A stretch of 56,006 bases of DNA, filler included, from Sphacelaria rigidula (lineage: Eukaryota): NCBI GenBank assembly GCA_964200075.2. It is 4 parts of 4 records of this genome, joined end to end, with 100 filler letters (N's around TTAATTAATTAA, not from the genome) between each part and the next. Parts side by side here need not be neighbours in the genome. Positions count along the whole stretch, not along the records: positions 14,030 to 27,958 come from CAXNAA020002581.1; positions 28,059 to 41,983 come from CAXNAA020002582.1; 2 more parts are not named here. The stretch is one strand, 5' to 3'. Both the position numbers and the translations under genes were made by a program. This document shows, in pieces, positions 26,701 to 36,947 of the stretch (its first letter is position 1; each line of letters begins with the position of its first letter). Under the pieces are notes generated by a model. It ran no database searches. It was not told the DNA's origin and saw only the letters and a list, made by a program, of their open reading frames with translations.

Positions 26701-26902
26701 TAGGTGGGCGGGTGGGCATATATACCTCAACTGTATTCCCGCCTGCCTTCTTTACCTGGTCTCGAATGTAACCGCCGAAGATTCGGTGGACGGCAGTCGT
26801 TTCCGCGAGGGGGCCCACGGTGGCTGCACTCATCCCGCAGCGTTCCAAACACCCCTCAGCCATCTTACCCACGAGATGCCTCAAGAATTCGTGGGCGTCT
26901 TC
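17719..26902 (-). CDS. Ubiquitin-specific protease (peptidase C19, USP36/42-like); 5' exons not located
   Basis: Phase-consistent exons: 26902-26756 (EDAHEFLRHL…VHRIFGG), 24451-24233 (CRSC…FLDLSL…CGGC), 22728-22580 (PPNALVLNLKR), 20130-20025 (His box VVVHEGPSMSSGHYYAHVR…WQKMDD), 18920-17880 (QAYLLVY plus a long low-complexity tail with KRK motifs) and a tentative last exon 17775-17719. Confidence 0.88.
20880..21745 (+). mobile_element. Degenerate LINE RT fragment, same family as 10104-11281
   Basis: Peptides FLDV*KA.DT…QGIAQGCTLSPTLF…VDQYKYLGVEI…LRAELEVYPLET. The nucleotide sequence is colinear with 10100-10500. It lies in a USP intron. Confidence 0.85.
22226..22294 (-). mobile_element. Stand-alone 66-nt C-tailed retroposon with 17-bp TSD
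   Basis: Flanked by the direct repeat GGATGTATCGAAAGGGG at 22209-22225 and 22295-22311. Confidence 0.9.
25018..25681. mobile_element. Putative non-autonomous DNA transposon rich in CGGGA/TCCCG motifs (hAT-like)
   Basis: Ends TAGGGTTTTC… and …GAAAGTCCTG form weak TIRs, and CGGGA/TCCCG motifs are dense in both orientations. No TSD found. Confidence 0.4.
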
Positions 26903-27896
26903 CTGATGATGGTAAAAAGCGGGCAAAATGCGAAAATCAGAAAATAACGTCGGTATTTTTGCTGCATACAACCCTATTCAACTACTTTAAGCATAATTCT
27001 CAAGATTTTGTTGACGGGTGATCACGTGTTTCCCGTGAGAGTGCTGGCAGTCACTCAGTCATTGATTGCTGTCTGTTTCGTGTTTGACTTGCCTCGCTTT
27101 GTTTTCAATTTTTGTCACGTAGATGATGACATTATTGAATGCGTGGTTGTTGTTCCGTCAGCAGCTGAACGCTTCCTACACAATTTTTCGGCAAGAAGTA
27201 CTTTTTTACGTGAATTCGGCCTCTGTGTTCCTTGAACACCTTAATAAGCATTCCGATATTCTGCACAAGTAGACAGTGCTCTCTATTCGTGATGTGATTC
27301 TCACCTTTTGTCGGTCCAACCCAACATGAAAGAACACGAAACAAGCCTCATGGGCCACGAGCACGACCAAACAAAAGGCTGACCGATGAATACATCGATG
27401 ATCAGCAGAAGTTAGTTCGCCATACTGCACGATTCAGAGGTTTGTTGTTCGTGGTTCGGACGCTTCTCTTTATTGTCTCAATGCATACAGCGCGAGGTGG
27501 GTCTTAGCCCGTTTTGTGCTGTACTGCTTTATCAACTCTACATTGGTCAACACTTCTCCTGTGCTGATTATACTGTACGATGATGCACTCAAACACGACA
27601 GCTAAGTCAACTCAACTACGGCTGTTGTCAATTGAGAACGTCAGGCACTCAATGGCCCCAGGAAAGACTGCTTCTGCGATTGCTGTAACTGTGCTGTAGC
27701 TGTAGAGTCGGGGTTCGTGGATGAAGGGGAGAGCGAGCACGCACAACTTGCTATTCCTCTAGAGGGTGGTCGTAGCTTAAATGATACCCTGAGCATGGAG
27801 GAAATATCATAAAAATGTCGTTTTTATATAATGGGTATTGGTGATGTTGACTTTAAACCAGAGTGCTGTCGGAAGTCCACACCCCTCCGTAACACA

Positions 27897-27958
27897 GGGG
27901 GGGGGGGGCGTACTCATTTGTTGCTCGCCTTAGTCGTTCGACCATTGACCACGCACCT
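27897..27958 (-). mobile_element. 66-nt C-tailed retroposon module (5' part lost in gap)
   Basis: G12-CGTACTCATTTGTTGCTCGCCTTAGTCG… matches the module. Confidence 0.85.
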
Positions 27959-28058
27959 NNNNNNNNNNNNNNNNNNNNNNNNNNNNNNNNNNNNNNNNNN
28001 NNTTAATTAATTAANNNNNNNNNNNNNNNNNNNNNNNNNNNNNNNNNNNNNNNNNNNN

Positions 28059-28322
28059 CCGCATCTGGATTCGAACACCCCAGGACCGACATGGCAGGAG
28101 GACCGCGCGGGCGTCGTCGATGCCGGGACCGCGCCTAGGCCCGACCTGGGCCGCGCATTTTATCGAGCCAGGGGTAGCAAAGGCAGACACGTATTATTGA
28201 TGATCGGCATGCACAGCTTCCAGCTGCCTAAACGGCCCTAATGTGGCTTGGTACTCCCGGGTACTGAGGTGTTTAGGACTTCAATGCGGTCCTCTAAGCA
28301 CGCGGTCCTCTCACGCATCACA
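28059..28322. mobile_element. Ginger-like MITE family member (left TIR in gap)
   Basis: Ends in GCGGTCCTCTAAGCACGCGGTCCTCTCACGCATCACA, the same TIR as 30930-31144 and 32160-32354. Confidence 0.7.
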
Positions 28323-29175
28323 ACGGATCGCAGAGAGTGACCCACACACACTTGATCAAGCGGAACATAATGTCTGCGAAAAAGTCATGCTAACCTGCAA
28401 TTACTGAGATTTCATTCAGGCGCGGTCCACAAGCTACTGCTGCAGCGCTCCTTCATAGACAGTGCGCACAGAAAAACACCGCAAGGGTTAGCGAAACGAA
28501 ATTAGTGGAACCCCAGCGCAGGTACAAAGCGGGCGTCGAAAACGCTGGTGTCGAACATAACGCAGACCAAGCACCCCACATACTCATCGACCAAGCGCCA
28601 GCAGTCCGTGAAAACGCTATCTTCCAACTGTTACATGGAACACAAAAGTCCACACGACCCGTCTCGGGTTGCAGCTCTTCGGAACCCGCAAGTACTGAGA
28701 CGTCGTGTGCCCGCGTTGCACGACCTCACTCGGCCTAGTGAGGGAGCGAGCGTCGAAAACCCTGACCTTACATATACAGCAGAGCAATTGTCCGAACTGT
28801 AAAGAAATCAACCCATATATGTTTGTAGGTCCGTCGAACCTGGAAGTACTCGTACTTCATATGACCGCGGTCCACGAAATAACCCCCGAGACATTCCTCT
28901 CCAAAACGTTTCCCTGTCTGGGGCCGTGTCCGACTGCAGCTCGTCGGAACCTGCTAGTACTGACACTTCATATGGCCGCGGTCCATAACGTAACTCCGAG
29001 ACGTTCCCATCTGAAACCATTACTGAAGACAAGCGCACGGCGCCGGAACCTCAGCCTAAGAGGAGAGCGACCGTCGAAAACCCCGACCCTCATGGCCTGT
29101 AGCAACACACCTTCACGTTGTCAAATCAAAGCAATAAGGGTATTCCCCTCACACGAGCCCACGAGCCACAAAAGC

Positions 29176-29419
29176 AGTACGCGGGAGTACCAAGCCACGT
29201 TGGGGCCGTGTATGCAGCTGGTAGCTGTGCGTGCCGATCATCAGGAGGTGCAATTCGTCTGCCTTTGCTACCCCTGGCTCGATAAAATGCGCGGCCCAGG
29301 TTGGGCCTAGGCGCGGTCCCGGCATCGACGACGCCCGCGCGGTCCTCCTGCCATGTCGGTCCTGGGGTGTTCGAATCCAGATGCGATCCTCTAAGCACGC
29401 GGTCCTCTCACGCATTACA
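29176..29419. mobile_element. Inverted partial copy of the 28059-28322 element
   Basis: 29176-29385 is the reverse complement of 28059-28265 and is followed by the TIR …CTCTCACGCATTACA. Confidence 0.75.
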
Positions 29420-30689
29420 GTTCTCCATGCTAAGTTTCAAATCACAGTTCTTAAAAGTGATCTAAAACATTCAGATAAGGCCCAAGAGCAACATCTATTT
29501 CTCCTAAAATATTCCCTGAAAAACTGAAGAAAAAAACGAAAAAAACTGTTTCTTCTTATTTTATCATGCACTAGCAGTTCTCTATACGGAATTTCATAGC
29601 ACAACCCTCAATACGTGAGACGCGACCTCCTGATTTTGGGCATCTAGTGCCTCTGCTCGTAGTATATTTATTTTAGTACGCAACCTCATGTGCGCCATAT
29701 CTCGGGATTGAGAATGAATCTGGTGAAGGTGAGGGTATCTATCGTCTCCTCCTGCTCCAGGGAATATCGTCACGAAAAAAACGTCATCCGCTTAATTTAT
29801 CGTTCAGGGTTTCATATAGGTTTTAGTTTTGATGCTGTCTCCGTACGGTACAGGAATTACTGGACATGGGGTTTAAATTAACAAGAAACAAATGGCCCAC
29901 ACTGTTGAGCAGATGGGCGCCTTCCGCTTGGATAGGCGATTAGTACGAGATGCGGATCACGGCCCAACTCGTCTGTGTCGACGAGATATTGCTTTGAGAG
30001 CTTAAAGCCGTTTCTAGGCTGGCCCAGCTCGTACATATTTGGAACGAAATCTGACATATTGGCGTCCCGTGACGTGCTGCTGCTACGCGCGCAACCCCGG
30101 ATTCAGCGATCTGGGCTTGTTGGGTATGCATCATCTGACAAATGACCACAGTTTCCGCGCGTTGTAGTGCCGCGTGCCCACGCACAGCAGTTCGTCTCAA
30201 ACCCAGCTCCTCTACGGGCGACATGTAACTGGGTTTAGCGTAGATACTCATTATGAGCAGGAAATCCCAGTTCGGATCGATGTTGTTTTCCAGTGCAGCC
30301 ACTGCCCGGCTACACATGATGATGAGGCTAGTGCACCAGCGTGTCGAAATATGCATCAAGGGCTCGTGCATAAGGGTTTGGTCTGCGGGCAAGCCGTGCG
30401 TATCAACGATATCGCTAAAACTTGGTAATCACTATGCTACATTTTGCGCATGAGCCAAACGTGTCGCCAATTGACGCATGATGTTGCCTGCCCAGTGTTC
30501 AAGTACTGTGCCAATTTTCACGTGTGGGTATCCACCCGCGATGAAGAATTACAAACATAATAAGTTTACTGCTGATCAATGCAGTGACCATCGTATGTGG
30601 GCATTCACGTACACAAAAAAGGATACATGAAGGAATGGGTACGGCCACTGCAAACGGTAGGGGTAGCTTTACCCCGTGTGTCTCCGATC

Positions 30690-30779
30690 TGTGACGGTTT
30701 AAGAGACTACCAACTAGATTACTGATAAGTCAGCGCTGACCTATCAGTAGTCCAGTTGGTAGTCTCTTAAACCGCCACA
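30690..30779. repeat. 90-bp near-perfect palindrome (45-bp arms, no spacer)
   Basis: The arms pair at 41 of 45 positions around a central AGCGCT. Confidence 0.95.
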
Positions 30780-30929
30780 AAAGTTAGTCGTGGGGGTTTG
30801 ATCCCAGATCGCAGGATTGAATCTTGAGCCCCGAGAGGATGCGATGGGATCGTCAAAGTATGTGGGGAAAGGGGCGTCGGGCTGCAATCGATTCGTGATG
30901 TGTGTCAATAACCAGCGAGCATAGTACGT

Positions 30930-31144
30930 TGTAATGCGTCAGAGAACCGCGTGCTTAGAGGACCACATCGGAATCTGATCATCCCTACGGTTAGGGTTGG
31001 GGGTAGTGTTAGGGTTAGTGCTGGGGTTAGGGTCAGGGGCGGGTTCCCTGCAGGGACTGGCCCGTTCGTTTCGAAAAACATCGATCCTGAGGTATTCAAA
31101 CTACGATGCGGTCCTCGAAGCACGCGGTCCTTTCACGCATTGCA
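30930..31144. mobile_element. Ginger-like MITE with internal degenerate telomeric tract
   Basis: ~40-bp TIRs TGTAATGCGTCAGAGAACCGCG… / …CGCGGTCCTTTCACGCATTGCA. ACGT flanks both sides. TTAGGG-like units at 30989-31038. Confidence 0.8.
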
Positions 31145-31842
31145 ACGTGTGGGGCCTGTGCACTTGTGAAAAGGGAGAGTCGTTTTCCGCAGTTTGAACG
31201 TAAACGGCCGATGTTTTACCGCGAAAAGAGTGAAATGAGATAAGCAACTGAGAGCACTTGGTAATTTACGCGTGACGAGTGATTGGTGATCCGTGTAGCC
31301 AGAGTATGACGAGACTACCTGAACCTCCACTAAGCCTGCGCTTGGTCTACAACCTAAAGAGAGAACAGCCAGCAGGAGCAATGGCAGGAGCAATGGCTAT
31401 TTCACCGCACTGCCCGGTCACGAGCCTCTCTCTTGAGCCACGCACGAGCACACATGTCCGAAAAGATCGCTCGCACTACAGATGAACTGCCCGTTCCGAC
31501 AAGGCTTGAGAGATTCGTTCGAACGCAACGGCTACTTGTAACGGGGGCAATTCACGTATGATACAGGCTTCGAAGAGTGGGGCGCGAACGGGTACGAACC
31601 AGCGCGGCGTAACCGAAAAGCTGGTTATTGAGTACAGTGGCTCAACATTCTAGCGCGAGCAGCGCGCAAAACACGCGTAAGGATGCTTCATTCGTTTCCT
31701 GCTCGCACATTCAAACATGCTCGAATACTGACTTCCGTGTTTTCCTCGCATATGTTTTTGTAGGGTCGGGGGGGGGGGGGATTTTGGACCATTTCACCAC
31801 GACAGCAGCAATGGTTGTTCGAGCACGGTTGTTACCGATGTA

Positions 31843-31964
31843 TAGCACTCATTCATACTGCTTGACACGGCACTTACCGAAACACAAGCGCACCCTGAGT
31901 GTGTTAGGTCGTCCGACACACCCATGAGCCTTTGATGATCGAATCAAATATCCCGCGCCCCCCC
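31843..31964 (+). repeat. Dispersed repeat ending in a C-run (family 3, copy 1)
   Basis: Aligns with 36632-36761. Confidence 0.65.
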
Positions 31965-32159
31965 TTATCGTGAGATGAGTGCGGGGTGGAAAACCTCATC
32001 TCCACTCAAGGAAGATAACCATACTACGTGGTATTCAAGTGGCGACACTCTTGAGGCAGTGTACCCTGTGACTGTCTCCACAAGTGGTGTCACCAGAGAA
32101 TGAATAGATTCATTCCAGACTTTCGTCCGAACGCACAATGATTACTGCGCTTCGGGCCC

Positions 32160-32354
32160 TGCAATGCGTGAGAGGACCGCATCGGAATTTGAACATCCTT
32201 ATGGTTGAGGTTAGGGTTAGGGTTAGGGTGAGGGTTATGGTCACGGGCGTAGTACCTGCAGGGACTGGCCCGACTGGTATTGAAAAACGTCGATCCTGAG
32301 GTGTTTTGAACTACGGCGCGGTCCTCTAAGCACGCGGTCCTCTCACGCATTACA
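32160..32354. mobile_element. Ginger-like MITE with internal (TTAGGG)n
   Basis: TIRs TGCAATGCGTGAGAGGACCGC / GCGGTCCTCTCACGCATTACA. 4-bp TSD GCCC (32156-32159, 32355-32358). Telomeric tract at 32203-32237. Confidence 0.85.
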
Positions 32355-32552
32355 GCCCAACAATCTCAGCAAGATGCAGCTCACCCCTCATGCAACTCGC
32401 CGAACACATTAAGGCACCTCATACTTGGCGATTGACCGCGAGCCTGGTCCGATGAAACCGCGGCGCGCTTCGTCCCGGCTTTGCGGGGATGCGGAATAAG
32501 CGGTCTTGCGACGACGGCATGCAAGACCATGGGCACCCCCCCACACCCCCTC
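32355..32552 (+). mobile_element. C-tailed retroposon 3' end (family 2), interrupted upstream by the MITE
   Basis: Aligns with the reverse complement of 14253-14445 (GATGCAGCTCACCC…CGTCCCGGCTTTGCGGGGATGCG…CATGGGCA followed by a C-run). Confidence 0.7.
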
Positions 32553-33305
32553 GCCAGGGATAGCCGTATGACATAAATATCATGAGCCACCCTGTTCCCG
32601 CAGCAGTCTGTCCAATTTTTGCATATTGTGAGCGTCATGATGACAGGAGTACTGTGACCACCTGGAAAACCCCCCTGTTCTCCGCAAATCTCTACTCGTG
32701 GTTTAGTCCCCAGCTCCTACCAAAGAAAATCCGAAACAACCTCCGCATGCTCTACTGGAAGTGCCCCCCGGGTGAGGAATTTGAAGAGATTAAACTCTGA
32801 AGAAATGGGCGAGGAAAACAGACAATCTTATTGTGTGCAATACCCAAACTCCAGTCCCAAATTTCAAAATTCCTGTGTGAAAAAGCCGGAAGAAATATTG
32901 TCAAATATTCCCGGTCAGAGCTGCCTATCGATAAGTACTTTTGGAGAATCTCGTTAGGATGTTATAAGGGTGTTGCAATGACACAATACCATATGGTGCG
33001 CGTCGCTAGTAAATCAAATATTCCATCTCATCAGAACACCTGGTGTTCTTTTGAGCAGTATGCTAGGGGTGCTTCCCCTGCACCATAGCTGCTCACCAAC
33101 CTTGAAGGCTGCGGCATGACGCGCACCGTAGAAATATTGAGTTGGTACCATGTCGCATCGAACTCGATTTTATCATCAGACTCGCTGTGGCGAGAGACTG
33201 CCACGACGACGAAGTCCCTCGTTCAATCCACCGGTGCTGCTTGCTTCCCATAATGTATTGTCCGTCGTCTCTGGCAGACGTTTCACAAAAGAGACGCCGT
33301 CGAGC

Positions 33306-34354
33306 ATGAAGATCCTCTTGCTTCTTCTACTGAGGCTCACCGCCTTCTTGGGCGACTCCGCAGGTGGGCTTGAACAACAATATAAAAACTGTATCGATGG
33401 GTATTCGTGTCCTACAAGTGACGGCAGTCGCTTACTCGCTTGTGTGATGCGTCATGTGTTTGATCCGCAGCCAGGTTGAGGAAAAAATGAGGGAGTTCAT
33501 ATCCCCGGCATGATGAGTTGAGCTACACACACACAGAGGCATCGACTGCTAGTCTAGCTGCTAACATTTGCCAAATCGCCTTCACAGATACAGCACGAAA
33601 CCCGTGCAGTGGAATGTAGTCGTTCTTGAGCCACAAGTATTCTCCCACATGTCACACCGGGTCGAGTGGCTCTTCAGTTCCCTCCAGTGCGAAGATACCG
33701 TCTGCTCTCGATCTCGTTTTCGTTTAAGTGAAGTTAATTGTTTGCCTGTGCCTACCCCCCTCCTCCCCTAATGCTCCGTCTCGAAAGGGATGCGTGGTCA
33801 ATGGTCAAACGACTAAGGCAAGCAACAAATGAGTACGCCCCCCCCCCTCCTCCCCTAACCCTACCCCAATCGTTCTTTCTCCCGCATCATTCCTCGCTGC
33901 TGTGTGTCACTGCTGCATTTGCTGGGGCTGGCGAACTCGCAAGCTGTCCCAGGGACACTGTGTCCCGAGGGGGTGAGTAATCGATTCGTCTCCACCACGG
34001 CGGATGCTTTGGAACTGAGCGACGCGTTGCTCTGTTTGGGGCGCGGTCAGTTCGAGGTTGAGTGGAGCGGCGAGGTGTTGTTAACACGAACCATTACCAT
34101 ATCGAATGTAAGCTCGGTCGCGGTTTGGGGGCATGGTGCGGAGGAGGCCGTGATGGACGGTGGCGGTGCCGTTCGGCTCTTCGAGGTCGACGGCGGGTCA
34201 ACCCTGGAGATCAGTAACCTGTCTCTCGTGGGAGAGTGGGCGGAAAATGAGGAAACATCTACTGGGAGCGGCGGGGTAGTGCTCATTTCAGACTTTTCCC
34301 AACTGACTGCGTCCAGCTGTTTTTTCATAAGCAACAAAGCTAACGCTTCTGGAG
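33306..34354 (+). CDS. Secreted Pmp/adhesin-like (beta-helix) protein, N-terminal two exons only
   Basis: Exon 33306-33363 (signal peptide MKILLLLLLRLTAFLGDSA) joins in phase to exon 33944-34354 (…FEVEWSGEVLLTRTITI…AVMDGGGAVRLFEVDGGSTLEISNLSL…GGVV…FISNKANASGG). This resembles brown-algal polymorphic-outer-membrane/adhesin-like proteins. Downstream exons were not found. Confidence 0.65.
33772..33841 (+). mobile_element. Stand-alone 66-nt C-tailed retroposon with 17-bp TSD
   Basis: Flanked by CCCCCCTCCTCCCCTAA at 33755-33771 and 33842-33858. It lies in intron 1 of the adhesin-like gene. Confidence 0.9.
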
Positions 34355-36631
34355 GTAGGACTTGTGTTTTCCATAACGTTGTACAAAGTTTCTCCCCGTT
34401 CTCCCCGTACCCCGTGTGATGCAGTACAGTATTACCCGTATCCAGCATACTGGGCAGTACCAAAGTTCTAACGTCAGATCCTGACAGAACGTCATGTAAT
34501 CCGTGCGTTCATTGTCACCTCTTGAAACCTCCCTAGATTTCTCGTGCCCGGCAGTATGAAGGTGAAAACTAGAACCAGATGGTTTTACTGGTCGATACTG
34601 AGGGACGATACATGCCAAACTGGTGCTGGTGATGCGGGAAGGACATTCAGATGAAATGGCCCACACGAAACACATACAAATGGAAGGTATGAAGGAAATG
34701 CGCATGTATGCATCGCAAATAGGCAAAAACGATACATGAAGAAAATATCGGTGTCGCACACCGAGCCAGGGTACCGGACCAGCGAACGAAGCCGGGGAGA
34801 CTTGATGTGCGATTGCACCCCCCCCCCCACACACACACACACGGAAACACGCACACACGCACACACGTACACACAGCGGAAAAAACGTTTTGAGGGTGGA
34901 CATCGGTTAGCAACGACGCTCTGAAATCATCACTTACCGCGCAAGATAGGCAACCAGCTTTCGTTACCGCTTTTGTTTGCTTGATTTGTTTGGGGAAGGT
35001 AATCGTGGCGATGGTCGAGCTGGATCATATTGTGTGGACAACTCGAACTCTGTGCAGAGGGGATGATGGTACTACGTAGTGTTCATATGGTGAGACACCT
35101 ATGGCGCAGTGCGCATCCCGTGGCCGTCTCTGGAAGTGGCGATACCAGAAAATGCAGCAACTCATTCAAAGCTCCCATCTAGAAGCAAGAGGATCGATAC
35201 ACTTCGGGCCGAACAACCTTCGCAGGGCATTACAACCTCATCACCAGATACGGAGTATTGAAAAACCTGAATCAAATCGCCAAGCAACACGCATGCAACA
35301 TGCAAGCGTTGGAAGGCTCAGTCTGGCCACCACGGTCTATCAAACATCAATAAGAATAGAAGCCACAACCCCGCAAACAGCAAGGGTGCCCTAGAAAAAA
35401 GACCGAATATCTGTACCTAATCGTGAAACCGCAGAAGCCCAGCTAACCCCGTTTCCTACGGTTCATAGTTTATTTGGGCTCGTACTCTCCACTTTTTGGA
35501 AGTTTGACGCGGTTTTTGGCCGCAAAACAGAGAATATCGCCAGCACACGCCTTGGCCACTTTTTACCGCCCTACCTGGAGGGGTGTAGCCCGCTTTTCCG
35601 TATCGCACGGCTTCGACGTGAAGATACCTGCAGATACCTCATTTCATTTTGCAGCTGTACCTTTGTCCAGAGGCCGTTTTCGAAACCTCGGAGCCGTGCA
35701 AATCGGACACGTGGGCTAGACTCCTCCAAGGGGAGCGAAGCAAATTGTCTTTGATGTGTGATGGCGATATTTTTCTGTTTCACGGCGAAAGCTCATGCCA
35801 CATATCTCCAAAGTGGAAACTTCGAGCCCATAAAAACGAACCGTAGGAAACGTCCCAAGATACATGAAAGTCGCAAGTCACAAGCTGATTGCAGTTAGCA
35901 AGAGTAGTGGCTGGCTTCCAAATCCAGATCCCGACCATCTTCAGTTGTAGATAGACGGCAGACATATACCAGGTGCTATGGGCGTGTTGGCGCTCACTGC
36001 ATGCTACCGATATTGCTCTTCTTGTTCTGGGATTCGAGGTGTTCTGCCCCTGTTTGTGTCATGTCCTCCTTCTCCGCACGAGCTTCCTCCCACACAAAAA
36101 ATCGGTCTAGGCGCCGAGTCGAGTTCCCCTTGAATTTTTCAAATCTCATCGTCTACTACATGAGAGAGCCACACTCATACTTAATCGTAGGACGAAAAAA
36201 GGAACCTGGGCAATGATTACGGCTCATCTGCTTCGACCTCATGCTGCTGGGTATGGACCTGTCATCCATGAACCCCACGGGAGCGAGGCACCAAACTGCT
36301 CTTGCACACGCCGGTAGGAAGGATCACATACATGGAGGGGAAAAGGGGGGAAAGCTAGCATACTTGTGAACAATTTTCATATATCTTGATGATGCAGACC
36401 TCGACAAATCCCATCCCTACAAGATATTGACCTCCGAAGTCCAGACCATCGAACCCGATCATTTCCGTTAAGATATTCGTAACTTTGGTTTTGTGCACAT
36501 TAATGGCTACATGAGTCATCCTGCGATAGCGCGGGCGGGGGGGGTATTTTGTGCCATTTCTTGCACCAAATTCCGTGGCGAATAGCCGTCGAAAGCAGGA
36601 ACGATTGTTCGAACAAGCTTGTTATAGATAT

Positions 36632-36761
36632 ATGACGCTCATTCATGCTGCTTGACTCCGTTTTTGACCAGATACAAGCGCACCGCGAGTGTGGCAGGTC
36701 GTCTGACACACTCATGAGCCTCTTTTTTGGTGCAATCAAATACCCCCCCCCTCTTCCCCCC
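36632..36761 (+). repeat. Dispersed repeat ending in a C-run (family 3, copy 2)
   Basis: Aligns with 31843-31964 and ends in AATCAAATA followed by a C-run. Confidence 0.65.
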
Positions 36762-36947
36762 AATCGTAGGGTGGTTTACATTGCAAACATAATTTTTTAT
36801 TCGTCAAATACTTCAAGTGGATACACGTGCACGAAAAACAAATATTTAGAGAGGCGGCAGAATCTTGCGTGTCACGGTTTCCTCTCCCTGGTAAACCCAC
36901 TTCCTGTAAAAATCATAGCAACCGCAAGAGCTTCGTCTGTTTGGGAC

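Noticed and set aside
29940-30480. ORFs of 66-150 aa as a gene or transposase
   Set aside because: No recognisable motifs or consistent splice structure.
33738-33980. Recurring peptide LRLERDAWSMVKRLRQATNEY in several ORFs
   Set aside because: It is the translation of the 66-nt repeat. There is no evidence of coding function.
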